Both the position numbers and the translations under genes were made by a program. A stretch of DNA of 58,417 nucleotides from a virus (lineage: Duplodnaviria; Caudoviricetes), in the IMG/VR virus record IMGVR_UViG_3300037408_000637, positions 1-58,417 of that record; one strand, written 5' to 3'. This document shows positions 8,539 through 17,513 of the stretch, one piece after another (the stretch's first letter is position 1; every line of letters starts with the position of its first letter). Under the pieces are notes generated by a model. That model was not told the origin of the DNA. It was given only the letters and a program-made list of their open reading frames with translations, and did no database searches.

Positions 8539-10161
8539 TCAGTTGTTGTACCCGGACAGCTTCCGCATGATGTCAAACGAGTTGCCGAGGTCATCGGCCC
8601 CCCGCACGACACCCTCGGGGCGCCGGTCCTCGGACAGCTCGCGCGTGTCGCCCTGGCCCCGCTGGAGCCGACGGCGCATCTCGCGCAAGTCTGGGTCCGA
8701 GATCTCCATCGAACCGTGTTTCGCCACGACCTTGTCCACATCGGCCCGGGAGGCCACGTCCTCCAGGAGACCCAACACACTCGCGCTGTTCACCAATCCG
8801 ACAACCTTTTTGGCCTTGTAGGCGTCCAGCTCTGCCTGGGCGGCGCGTTCCTCCGCCTCCTCCCGCAGGGCCTCGGCCTTCTCGACCCGGGCATCGGCCT
8901 CCGCAAGGCGGTCGTCTGCCCGTTTGGTCAACTCTACAACCCGTCGCAACTTCTCGTCCAACGACTCCGCCTTTGCCTGCACCAGCTTGATCTCGCCGCG
9001 CAGGGTCGCGTTCTCTTCCCGTAGCTGGATCTCGTCCTCCGAGGGCCCGGTCGGGGTCACATCCACCGCCGGTCGCTCGGGTAGGTTCTCCATGATGGCC
9101 GCCAACTTCGCGTCAACGTCCATGATCGACGTGACCTGTACGCCGTGCATCAGCGCCCGCACGGCCTCGGCCATCGGGTGCCCGCTGATCTTGCGCTCCA
9201 CATGCAGCAGCACCGCTGCCCGCGTGCCCAGGTCAATCGCCTCGTCCCGCTCCTGCTCGCGCTCGGCCACCTCTAGATCCTTGGCCCGCAGCGCATCCCG
9301 TACCGCCGCCTCATCGGGGTGCTGGCGGTACGATCCCACCATCTCCGCGATCTGCGCCAGGACCGCCTTCGCCGCCCCAACGGCGGGGTCGGCTGCGTAC
9401 TCCTCGCGGAGCTGGCTGCCGAGATCCTCGCGCACCTCGATCAGCGACTGCGCCAGGTTCTTCTCGAAGGCTTCCGTCATCTCGACGCGCACGCGCTTCT
9501 CAGCCGCCTGTACCGCCGCCTCCAACCCCGAGGTCACCTTGTCCTTGGCCCGGGCCAGCGCATCCTGCGCCGCCGCCTCCTGGATCTGCGTCGCCACGTC
9601 CGGGAACTCCGCCAGGAACATCTGCGCCGCCGTGGGATCGTCCACGGACTCCATGGTGATATTGGGGATGGCCGTCTTCACCGCCGGGTCCGCCACGAAG
9701 TCGTAGGTCTTGAGCAGGAAGTCGTCCTGCACATCCTCCGCCTCGTCTGCCGCTGGCTTGGTGCTGCCGAACCCCCGCGACGACACGCCGATGGGGATCT
9801 GCGCCTCGATCAGCGCCTTCAAGGTCTTCCCCTCCGGCGTGTTCAGGATCTCGGCCTCGCCCATGACCAGGCCCTTCTCGATCCACAGATCTGTGATGAC
9901 GTGACTGACCCGCTTCAACGAGGTCTTGCCGTCGCTGGGGTGGTCGAGTTCGCCGAGCACCCGCCGCGACTTGAGATCCTCGTTGAGGCGCTTGATCTCG
10001 CGCGTCATCAGCGACTCGGAGTAGCGGCGCCCGTTTTGCGTCGGGACGCCGACCCGACCGAATTCGCCGCGCGCCACGAGCTTCCCAGACCCCTTGGCCG
10101 CCCGGGCCTCGGTCATCTGGAACGCCGTGGGCTTGCTGGTTTCGATCAGTAACTGCGGCAT
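8539..10161 (-). CDS. prohead protease (gp21-like) fused to a scaffold-like coiled coil
   Basis: NGRRYS, LGELDHP, VSHVI, GVSSRGFGS, YDFVADPA motifs, then ~350 aa acidic helical region; start re-called to MPQLLIE after GGAGG. Confidence 0.9.
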   Translation of the reverse strand: MPQLLIETSKPTAFQMTEARAAKGSGKLVARGEFGRVGVPTQNGRRYSESLMTREIKRLNEDLKSRRVLGELDHPSDGKTSLKRVSHVITDLWIEKGLVMGEAEILNTPEGKTLKALIEAQIPIGVSSRGFGSTKPAADEAEDVQDDFLLKTYDFVADPAVKTAIPNITMESVDDPTAAQMFLAEFPDVATQIQEAAAQDALARAKDKVTSGLEAAVQAAEKRVRVEMTEAFEKNLAQSLIEVREDLGSQLREEYAADPAVGAAKAVLAQIAEMVGSYRQHPDEAAVRDALRAKDLEVAEREQERDEAIDLGTRAAVLLHVERKISGHPMAEAVRALMHGVQVTSIMDVDAKLAAIMENLPERPAVDVTPTGPSEDEIQLREENATLRGEIKLVQAKAESLDEKLRRVVELTKRADDRLAEADARVEKAEALREEAEERAAQAELDAYKAKKVVGLVNSASVLGLLEDVASRADVDKVVAKHGSMEISDPDLREMRRRLQRGQGDTRELSEDRRPEGVVRGADDLGNSFDIMRKLSGYNN

Positions 10162-10174
10162 CGTATTACCCTCC

Positions 10175-10384
10175 TCAGCGCTTCCGCTGAAGTCCTGTTC
10201 GCGCCAAGGGGTTCCGCTCCGATTTCCGCCGAGCCTCTGGTGATACCCGGCGATCCGTCTTGTTCCCACTCAATCGCGCGGCCTTCTTCACCGACTCGTA
10301 ACCCATCAGCTCCAGCCGCCCGGAGGTCGTCCCCGTCCGGCGCCTCTGGCCACCCTCGCCGAGGTGGCCCCTTAGCAGTTTCCC
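10175..10384 (-). other. predicted -1 programmed ribosomal frameshift and extension ORF
   Basis: G GGA AAC (10378-10384) in correct phase two codons before TAA; 8-nt spacer; stem GGCCACC/GGTGGCC (10348-10369); -1 frame open to TGA at 10175. Confidence 0.7.
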
Positions 10385-11271
10385 GATCCGACCGTATCCA
10401 ATCGGTCCAGCGACTTCGAGATCAGCGCCATCACCGGGCGCAGCTCCGCCAGGAAGGCGTCCGCATCCATGACGTCCTCGTCCAGGCGACCGGCTGCATA
10501 GGAAGCAGACAGCGACTCCACGGCCTCGTCGAACACTTCCACCACGGCCTCGTCGTTGAACTCTTCGGCAACGAGGTCGATAATGCTGTCGATGCGAGTC
10601 AGGATCTCATCGCGCACGCCCATGCCACGCTCCTCGTGCTCGTGCAGGATGTGCTCCAGCTCGACGGCGAAGGACTGGCTGTCGCCCATGCGTTGGTGCG
10701 CCATCGCGGTCTTGAGAGCGGCCCGCTTGCCCGGGGCCTTCCGTGCGGTGATCCTGGCCCGACGATTGATCTTGGTCTTCTTCTTCTTGTAGGTCAGGCG
10801 ACGCTCACGACGGAGCTTCTTGGCCTCCGGCGAGTTGCTGATGTTGATGCGCGCCCGCTTGCCTGCCTTGACGATGGTCTTCACGCGCTCCAACAGGTCC
10901 GATGCCACCTCTTCCGCACGCTCCTGGATGCCCGGGATGTTGCGCGGGATGCGCTTGGTCTTGAGGCCGTCGATCACGCGATTGATGTCCTCTTCGTCCA
11001 GATGCTCGAACGGCAGGGCCATGATGCGGTCGAACAGGGTGTGCGTGACGAACGGGCCGTCCATGGGGTCGTGCTTCGACTCCTCGTAGTCCTCGCCCTC
11101 CTCGTCCTCTTCGTCGTCCATCTCCTCCTCGTCACCCATGTCCCGAGCGCAGGCTTTCTCCGCCAGAGGGACGCCCAACGCCACGGAAGCCATGACGTCC
11201 TCGTTCAGGTTGGGGATGCCGAGGGCATCCAGATCCTGTTGCAGGGTGTTCGGCATCAACTTGGTCTTCAT
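10372..11271 (-). CDS. putative prohead core protein (acidic and very basic segments)
   Basis: Position between portal and protease; poly-E/D tract and K/R-rich helix resemble T4-like core proteins; start MKTKLMP. Confidence 0.6.
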   Translation of the reverse strand: MKTKLMPNTLQQDLDALGIPNLNEDVMASVALGVPLAEKACARDMGDEEEMDDEEDEEGEDYEESKHDPMDGPFVTHTLFDRIMALPFEHLDEEDINRVIDGLKTKRIPRNIPGIQERAEEVASDLLERVKTIVKAGKRARINISNSPEAKKLRRERRLTYKKKKTKINRRARITARKAPGKRAALKTAMAHQRMGDSQSFAVELEHILHEHEERGMGVRDEILTRIDSIIDLVAEEFNDEAVVEVFDEAVESLSASYAAGRLDEDVMDADAFLAELRPVMALISKSLDRLDTVGSGNC

Positions 11272-12128
11272 TTCGTCTCCTCCGCGCCTTTCTTGGACCG
11301 CCCCGTTAGGTATGCGGCCACAACCTCCATGGTTTTCGCTCGTCCGCACAGTCGATCATGAGCCGCTGCCATCCGGTCTAGGTCTTCCGCTCGCATCAAC
11401 TGTTCGGCCCTCGCGATCAGCCCACAGAGGAGCTGCGCTTCAGCAATTAGCGACTTGCGGATGGCACCATAAAACCCATCTTGCTCATCAAACACCAAGC
11501 CAGAGATTTCGTCAACAATCTCCCTCAGTCGGGTAGAGACGATGCCCACGGACTCCCGCAGCTCCTCGGTGAACTCGGGCAGCCGCGCTCGGGGCAGCTT
11601 GGCGTAGGCCGTCTTGGGCAAGCGCGCCTCCAGCTCCCGGATGGACCCCCACATCGCCGTGCGGATCTTCTCCTGGTTCGCCTGGTAGGCCGTATGCCAA
11701 TGGTCGGCATCCTCCGCCAACATGGCCTGGTCCATGCGGGCGACCACGTCGCCCAGCCAGTAGTCCTCGTCGGCACGCAGGAGTCCGGCCAGCACGCGAA
11801 CCTGGGTTCGCGTCATCGGCTGCCCCTGCAACAGCCCCTCGGTGAGCCCCCGCAGTTCGTCCGCCACCAGCCGAGGGAGCTGCGCCGCCTCGTACATCGG
11901 CACCGGATCACGCCGGATCTCCACGCCCTCCACCGCGCCCTTCTGCATGGTGAACACCGCCTCGGCAATCCGGCCGGACGGGTCGCGGAACAGGGCGCAA
12001 TCGTCCCGCGTGGCGAGCAAGTCCACAGCAGTCCCCACGGCGCCCTTGATGGCCTCGGCCACCACGTCCATGCGGTCTTCCATGCTGCCGTCACACCACT
12101 TCTGAATATCCTGGGACTTCACGTACAT
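11268..12128 (-). CDS. hypothetical head morphogenesis protein
   Basis: 286-aa ORF directly downstream of the portal; GAGG RBS. Confidence 0.7.
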   Translation of the reverse strand: MYVKSQDIQKWCDGSMEDRMDVVAEAIKGAVGTAVDLLATRDDCALFRDPSGRIAEAVFTMQKGAVEGVEIRRDPVPMYEAAQLPRLVADELRGLTEGLLQGQPMTRTQVRVLAGLLRADEDYWLGDVVARMDQAMLAEDADHWHTAYQANQEKIRTAMWGSIRELEARLPKTAYAKLPRARLPEFTEELRESVGIVSTRLREIVDEISGLVFDEQDGFYGAIRKSLIAEAQLLCGLIARAEQLMRAEDLDRMAAAHDRLCGRAKTMEVVAAYLTGRSKKGAEETK

Positions 12129-12142
12129 GGCTCACCTCGCAA

Positions 12143-13825
12143 TTATGACCCCGTGCGACCGCCGCGCACGCGCCGCTCTACGCGGGAAAGGGCGGGCTCG
12201 ATCCGACCCAAGAGGCGCAGTACCTCGCTGGTGCCCCCCGTAGTCTCGGCCAACACGCGCCGGATCTCCCGCCGCACGTCCTCATACGCCCCCTCCTGCC
12301 CCGGTCCCCCCTCGGGCTCCTGGCCCATGGCCCCCATGGCGCCCATCGGCCCCAGCTCGGGGAACTTCTGCATGATGTCGGCCTGGGTCTGCGCCTGCGC
12401 CATGGCGTTCGCATCGTCCTCGTTCTTCTTGGCCTCGTTGGCGAACAGCGCGTCCTCGTCCGACATGTGAAAGATGTTCGCGATGATCCAGGGGACCGTA
12501 AAGAAGTCGCGCAGGCCCGCCGCCAGCGCCACCCGCGCGTTCCACACCTCGATCTGCTGCATCTCGAAGATGCTGCTGGGCGTCGGCATGCGCAGATCCC
12601 ACTGCACGGAATCCGGGTCGATGTTCAACGCGGCCAGATGCACGCGCACCACCTGCGACAGGCCGCCCACGAACTCGTGCTGGAGACGCAGCTCCAACCG
12701 CGCAAACTGCACGTCCTCCTGGGTGAGCGCCGCCCGATTCGTCACCTCGGTGCCGCCCAGGTACTGCGGCGGGATGCGGATCGCCGCGTAGAGCTTCTTC
12801 AGGAAGTAGCTCATCACGTTGGTGTCGTCGTACTCCGGCCCCGCCAACACCTCGATCCGCGAGGCGTCCTTGCCCGCGCGGGTCGGGATGAAGAAGTCCT
12901 CGTCCTGCGCCATGGGGTTGATGCGGAAGTCCAACTTGCCAGTCGACGGATCGACGATCCGCTTCTTCTTGTAGCGGCGCCGCACGTCGTCGACCATGGC
13001 CCGCGCCTCGCGCGGCGGCATCTCCCCGGTGTCCACGTAGAACGCAAAGCGCGCCGGGGCCTTGGTGAGCTTGCAGACCAGGCTGGCGTCCTCCAGCATG
13101 ATCAGCCGCTTCCAGATCCAGCGCGCCGAGTCTAACAGGGAGTAGCCGTACAGCGCCCGCATCTGCTTGCCCCGCAGGCGCCAATGCACCACCTCCCAGG
13201 GGTAGAAGAAGGTCGCCGTGCTCCCGTCCCGCTTCTCGCGCAGCTTCTCCAAGTCCTCGCGCGTCGACAGGTTGAACGAGAACATGCCGGACGGATCCTG
13301 TACGAAGCCCACCACCGAGCCGCGCAGGTCCACGATGCGCCGCATGGTCGGCGGGGGGAGCCAGTTCAGGCCCAGTACCCCCGTCTGATTCATGATGACT
13401 TCGGCGAACAGATTGCCGTACTTGGGCAGCGTGCGCATCGCGGCCCAGACGTCCTCCTCGATGCGAATGCGCCGGTGCAGGAGGTCGTTGATGATGTCCC
13501 GGACGACCTTGTCCTTCGACGTGCCCCAGATCACCCGCCCATGCACCGCGTCCGTGATCGTCGCGTCGTCGGCGTAGATGTCCAGCGCCGCGCTGATCTC
13601 CGGGTAGTCGTCCATGTTTTCGTAGTCGGCGTAGCGGATCATGAGGTCCGCGTCGACCGAGAGCATGGAGGCGAGCTGCTGGTACGCCCCGCCCATGCCG
13701 GAGTCCGGCGCATGCGGCACCATGTTCGGCATGATCGACTCGCCCGAGGAACCGCGTGCCAGCTCGGACACTTTCCCGGTCGTGTCGCGGCTGAAGAACT
13801 TCTTGACGGTGTCCATCCAGCCCAT
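12143..13825 (-). CDS. portal protein, T4 gp20-like
   Basis: YENMDDYPEISAALDIYADD, LEDASLV..LTKAPARFAFYVDTGEMP, EDFFIP, YFLKKLYAAIRIP. Confidence 0.95.
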   Translation of the reverse strand: MGWMDTVKKFFSRDTTGKVSELARGSSGESIMPNMVPHAPDSGMGGAYQQLASMLSVDADLMIRYADYENMDDYPEISAALDIYADDATITDAVHGRVIWGTSKDKVVRDIINDLLHRRIRIEEDVWAAMRTLPKYGNLFAEVIMNQTGVLGLNWLPPPTMRRIVDLRGSVVGFVQDPSGMFSFNLSTREDLEKLREKRDGSTATFFYPWEVVHWRLRGKQMRALYGYSLLDSARWIWKRLIMLEDASLVCKLTKAPARFAFYVDTGEMPPREARAMVDDVRRRYKKKRIVDPSTGKLDFRINPMAQDEDFFIPTRAGKDASRIEVLAGPEYDDTNVMSYFLKKLYAAIRIPPQYLGGTEVTNRAALTQEDVQFARLELRLQHEFVGGLSQVVRVHLAALNIDPDSVQWDLRMPTPSSIFEMQQIEVWNARVALAAGLRDFFTVPWIIANIFHMSDEDALFANEAKKNEDDANAMAQAQTQADIMQKFPELGPMGAMGAMGQEPEGGPGQEGAYEDVRREIRRVLAETTGGTSEVLRLLGRIEPALSRVERRVRGGRTGS

Positions 13826-13827
13826 AA

Positions 13828-15885
13828 TCAGTCGTCTCCTATGAAGAAGGGGGGCATGACACCCGATGCGTAGGCCGCCCCTCGGGTCGCCCGCACATCG
13901 TCGAGGTCCACGTCCTCCGCTGGGATCATGTCGCTCACCCAGCCATGCTCATGACCGACCGCTCTCCTTGGTGTATCAGCATCCGCCGCCCACGGCAAGC
14001 GAGCGGCATGTTGGCGCAGGCCCCAGACCACGCCAGCCAATGCGTCCGCGCAATCTTTACTGGAATGTCGAGGATGGTCAATTTTCCCCTTCACCCGGTC
14101 GTACTCCAGGGATCGCAGCTCCTGGAGCAAGACCTCATAATCGTACAGGTCGATGCGCTTCTCATAGATGGCCGACTTCAACTCCTCGTAGGCGTCCGTA
14201 CTGCGATCCATCGAGATCAGCTCGGTGTGGATGCCGTGCCGCCGAATCTGCTGGTGCATTTCCACGGACTGGAAGGCGTCGCTGGAGAACCCGTGGATGG
14301 GGTAGCCGTGGGCCTGCAACTCGTACACGATCCGCCGCAGGTCCGGCATGTAGATCTGCTCGCCGACCGGGGGGCGCACGCACAGGATCAACTCAATGAT
14401 GTAGTAGGGCGCCGTGTCGGTGTAGGCGTTCCCCTCGCCGTCCCGGCGCACCACCTCGACCCAGCGGTCGATCCGCCCCATCACGATCCCCGTCGAGTCC
14501 CCCGAGACCGAGGTGTCGATGTGAATCCAGCGCGGGGTGGACGGATCCTCGCGCGGTGCCCAGGCCGTCTCCGTGAACCCGCCGGGCAACCGTCGCTCGA
14601 CCTCCAGACACATGCCCTTCCAGTCAAACGTCCCCGGCGACCCCGCCACCCAGACCTCCTCCGAGAACGGGTGCGGGCGCTTGGTGATGCAGGCGTCGAT
14701 GGCGTCGATCCGCTGGAAGAAGGCCGAGATCGCCTGCGTGGACACGCCCGCGATGTCCCGCAGCGAGTCCTCCATGTTGGACTCGAAGTCCTCCCGGTAC
14801 TCCACCGGCACGTCGATCAGCCACGCCTCGTTCTCCTCCAAGTACGCCGTCGACAGGTCGTCCAGCTCGTCGTCGTCAAGGATGCGCGACCGCAGACTCG
14901 ACTTGGAGCACAGCACCCAGAACTTCTTCCCGCAGAACTGGTCGGCGGGCTTCGAGGTCCACGCCGTGTGGTCCCGCACGAAGATCGTCGGGTCCGTGCG
15001 CGCATCCCGCAACTTGCGCTCGGTGAAGCTGTCCAGGGTCGCGGCCGACGACACCATGATGACCATGCCCGGGAAGTCGCCGCCCGCCGTCTGGAAGCGC
15101 GACTTGATGCGCCGCACCATGGATCGGTACACCTTCTCCACGATGTCGAAGTTGGCCGCCGTCAGCTTGCGCCCGAACGTCTGGTGGATCTGCTGGGCGT
15201 TCCGCTTGGGCGGGAAGTTAGTTTCGTCCAGCATGGACGAGAACACGTTGGCGCCCAAGGCCCGCTCGGCCCCGTAGCTCCCGATGGTCATGCGGATGTT
15301 GTTGGGGAACAGCGTGTAGTCGGTCGAGAACTTGGGCGCGAAGTGCTCCATGAAGTACGGGCTCAACTTGATCTTGTCGTCGATACTCGTCTTCATCACC
15401 TCGCGGGCCAGGATGAGGTTCTTGGAGATCAGCATGATCACCATCTCGGTCCCCGACGACAGGCCAAACGTCCGCTGGGGATCCTTCAGGCAGGACAGCT
15501 CGTACAGGATGCGGCAGATCGCCACCGAGGCCACGAAGGTCTTACCGGCGCCGATGGAGCCAGTCAGCACGACTTCTCTATATGGTGCGGCGAAGAGGTC
15601 GATCAGATCCTGCTTGAGCGCCGGGTACAACGTCGTCAGGGAGTCCCCCAGGTAATAGGGATCTTCGATGAATTGGTGCATGGTCACGACAGGCCGCGCG
15701 TACAGCGACTCGTCCAGCCGCTGGCTCAGCAGGCACAGCGCCTCGGGATCCTCCTCGTTGAGCAGCGCCTTGAACAGCGCCCGCTCCTCCGGCGTACACA
15801 GCGCAAACCCGTCCTCGACGGACAGCACGTCCTCCCGGGGGGTCCGCACGCTCCGCCGTCGGCCGCTACTGCCGGTGACGATCAC
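13828..15885 (-). CDS. terL: terminase large subunit
   Basis: Walker A GSIGAGKT, Walker B MLDE, nuclease motifs HIDTSVSGDSTG and KDCADA; directly upstream of the portal. Confidence 0.9.
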   Translation of the reverse strand: MIVTGSSGRRRSVRTPREDVLSVEDGFALCTPEERALFKALLNEEDPEALCLLSQRLDESLYARPVVTMHQFIEDPYYLGDSLTTLYPALKQDLIDLFAAPYREVVLTGSIGAGKTFVASVAICRILYELSCLKDPQRTFGLSSGTEMVIMLISKNLILAREVMKTSIDDKIKLSPYFMEHFAPKFSTDYTLFPNNIRMTIGSYGAERALGANVFSSMLDETNFPPKRNAQQIHQTFGRKLTAANFDIVEKVYRSMVRRIKSRFQTAGGDFPGMVIMVSSAATLDSFTERKLRDARTDPTIFVRDHTAWTSKPADQFCGKKFWVLCSKSSLRSRILDDDELDDLSTAYLEENEAWLIDVPVEYREDFESNMEDSLRDIAGVSTQAISAFFQRIDAIDACITKRPHPFSEEVWVAGSPGTFDWKGMCLEVERRLPGGFTETAWAPREDPSTPRWIHIDTSVSGDSTGIVMGRIDRWVEVVRRDGEGNAYTDTAPYYIIELILCVRPPVGEQIYMPDLRRIVYELQAHGYPIHGFSSDAFQSVEMHQQIRRHGIHTELISMDRSTDAYEELKSAIYEKRIDLYDYEVLLQELRSLEYDRVKGKIDHPRHSSKDCADALAGVVWGLRQHAARLPWAADADTPRRAVGHEHGWVSDMIPAEDVDLDDVRATRGAAYASGVMPPFFIGDD

Positions 15886-16703
15886 GGGATCTCCGAATCT
15901 TCTTCGGCATCCTCGCTAAGCAAATTTCGGGGGGTCGCCTGCGAATATTCGGACACGGGGGTTGGATCGTCGGAATTTAGTTCGGATTCGCGAGACGAAC
16001 CTGGGTTCGCGTCCTCCGCGACGATGTCGATCACGTCCTCGCGCTCCGACAGTCGCATCACCCGCTTCAGCAGGCCCAGCACCTTGGCGCGGGACACCGG
16101 ATCGGCAAACGCCTGCGCCGCCCCGGCCCCGTACTTGTCCCGGATCTCCGCCAGCCGCTCCGCACTCACCGTCAGCGTGCCCAGGTCGCGGGAGCCCGTG
16201 AGCCCCAGGTCCATCTTGATGTCGTGCATTCGAGAGATGTAGTCCATCAAGACCTTGGCCTGCCGATCCACGTCGGGGTTCACCTTGCCGTTGCGCCGCT
16301 CCTCCCCATGGGACAGGTCGAAGCGGTACAACAACGCCTCGTAGGCCCGCTCCAGGCGCCGGAGATCCTCCATGCGGTCCCCGAACTCCTTCTGGGCCTT
16401 CACCACCAGGTGCGGGAGGCGCGGGGCGATCAGGTCCACGCCGACGATCTCGCGCTCGGCGTACTGGCGCAGGATCTCGGACAGCGACCGCCGCACCATG
16501 TCGAGGCACTCGCCCTCGTCCTCCTGGATGTAGCGGGCCACCTCGGGGCAGGGGTAGCCCGCGCACAGGCGCTCGTAGACCTCGCGGTGGCAGCGCAGCT
16601 TCTTGATGCGTTCGAAGGGGATCTCGCGACTCATCGGGGGGCCTCCCCGGGGGAGGCGGGACATTGCACTCGCAAGTGCATCGGCATGCGGGTCATCAGG
16701 CAA
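15882..16703 (-). CDS. putative terminase small subunit (start uncertain, possibly 16634)
   Basis: Helical protein with an N-terminal HTH-like segment directly upstream of terL. Confidence 0.55.
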   Translation of the reverse strand: MPDDPHADALASAMSRLPRGGPPMSREIPFERIKKLRCHREVYERLCAGYPCPEVARYIQEDEGECLDMVRRSLSEILRQYAEREIVGVDLIAPRLPHLVVKAQKEFGDRMEDLRRLERAYEALLYRFDLSHGEERRNGKVNPDVDRQAKVLMDYISRMHDIKMDLGLTGSRDLGTLTVSAERLAEIRDKYGAGAAQAFADPVSRAKVLGLLKRVMRLSEREDVIDIVAEDANPGSSRESELNSDDPTPVSEYSQATPRNLLSEDAEEDSEIP

Positions 16704-16753
16704 CCTTTGTCATCTAGTGGATCTCTTTAGGGGAGATCACGGCAACAGGCTCC

Positions 16754-16783
16754 AGGGTAGGCGGGGCAGACGGTGTTTGTCAA
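16754..16783 (-). promoter_or_regulatory. promoter for the packaging/head operon
   Basis: TTGACAAAC...-N18-TACCCT. Confidence 0.5.
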
Positions 16784-16802
16784 GCAAAGGGATGAGCGGG
16801 TA

Positions 16803-16831
16803 GGGGGATCCCCGAGGGGCAGGGATCCCCC
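16803..16831 (-). terminator. 10-bp GC hairpin closing the pentamer array
   Basis: GGGGGATCCC-N9-GGGATCCCCC perfect inverted repeat; no strong U-tract. Confidence 0.55.
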
Positions 16832-16848
16832 CACGCGCCGTTGTTCCG

Positions 16849-17460
16849 CCTACCGGCCGAGCCCTAGCCAGCCCCGCGATGCACCGGCATGCCCCGCCAT
16901 GCCTGCCGATCCATGCCGCTTCAGGCCAGACGCTGCCGCTCCACACCTCACCTGCCGATCCAGGCCCAACCCATTCCCACCGTGGCCCACCTGGCCTCGC
17001 CAGCCCGCCCTCTCCAAGCCAAGGCATCCCACTCCCAGCCTGCCAGTCCCGTCCCCGTCCTACCTTTCCGTGCCGGTCCCCGCCTGCCGGTCCCAGCCTC
17101 GTCGTGCCTTTCCCCGCGCAGCCCCGCCGCACCTATCCAGCCGATCCAGTCCGGCCCCTGCGGTACCAAGACAGCCCTTGCCAATCCAGCCCTGGCGCAA
17201 CCAGCCTCACCGAACCAGACCGCTCCATGATCCTCCTCGCCTGCCGTAATCGGCCGCGCCGTTCCGAGCCGACCTTGCCCTTCCTGCCAATCCCTTCCAA
17301 ACCTCGCCTATCCCCTCCAGACCTATCCCCGCCTGCCTCACGTTGCCAACCCTGGCCTAGCAGCGCCACACCAGAACCGACCTAGCCCCGCCATTCCTGC
17401 CGTTCCTCCACCCGCCAGATCTCGCCTCCACTCTCCAGTACCCGCCATTCCAATCCTGCC
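16849..17460 (-). ncRNA. non-coding GGNNN pentamer array punctuated by GGCAGG; candidate guide-RNA array
   Basis: Minus strand reads e.g. GGCA GGCGG GGATA GGTCT GGAGG GGATA GGCGA GGTTT GGAAG GGATT GGCA GG; about 12 units with spacings mostly 5n+4; no credible ORF. Confidence 0.8.
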
Positions 17461-17513
17461 ATGCCTGGCTCTGGGGCAGAACCCCGCGCCGATCCCGTGA
17501 GGACGTGCGCGCC

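Noticed and set aside
16737-17385. Several overlapping ORFs over the pentamer array
   Set aside because: Low-complexity G/R/P/W translations produced by the repeat; no RBS or consistent codon bias
16849-17460. Canonical CRISPR array
   Set aside because: No 25-40-bp identical repeats with unique spacers, and no cas1/cas2 in the window
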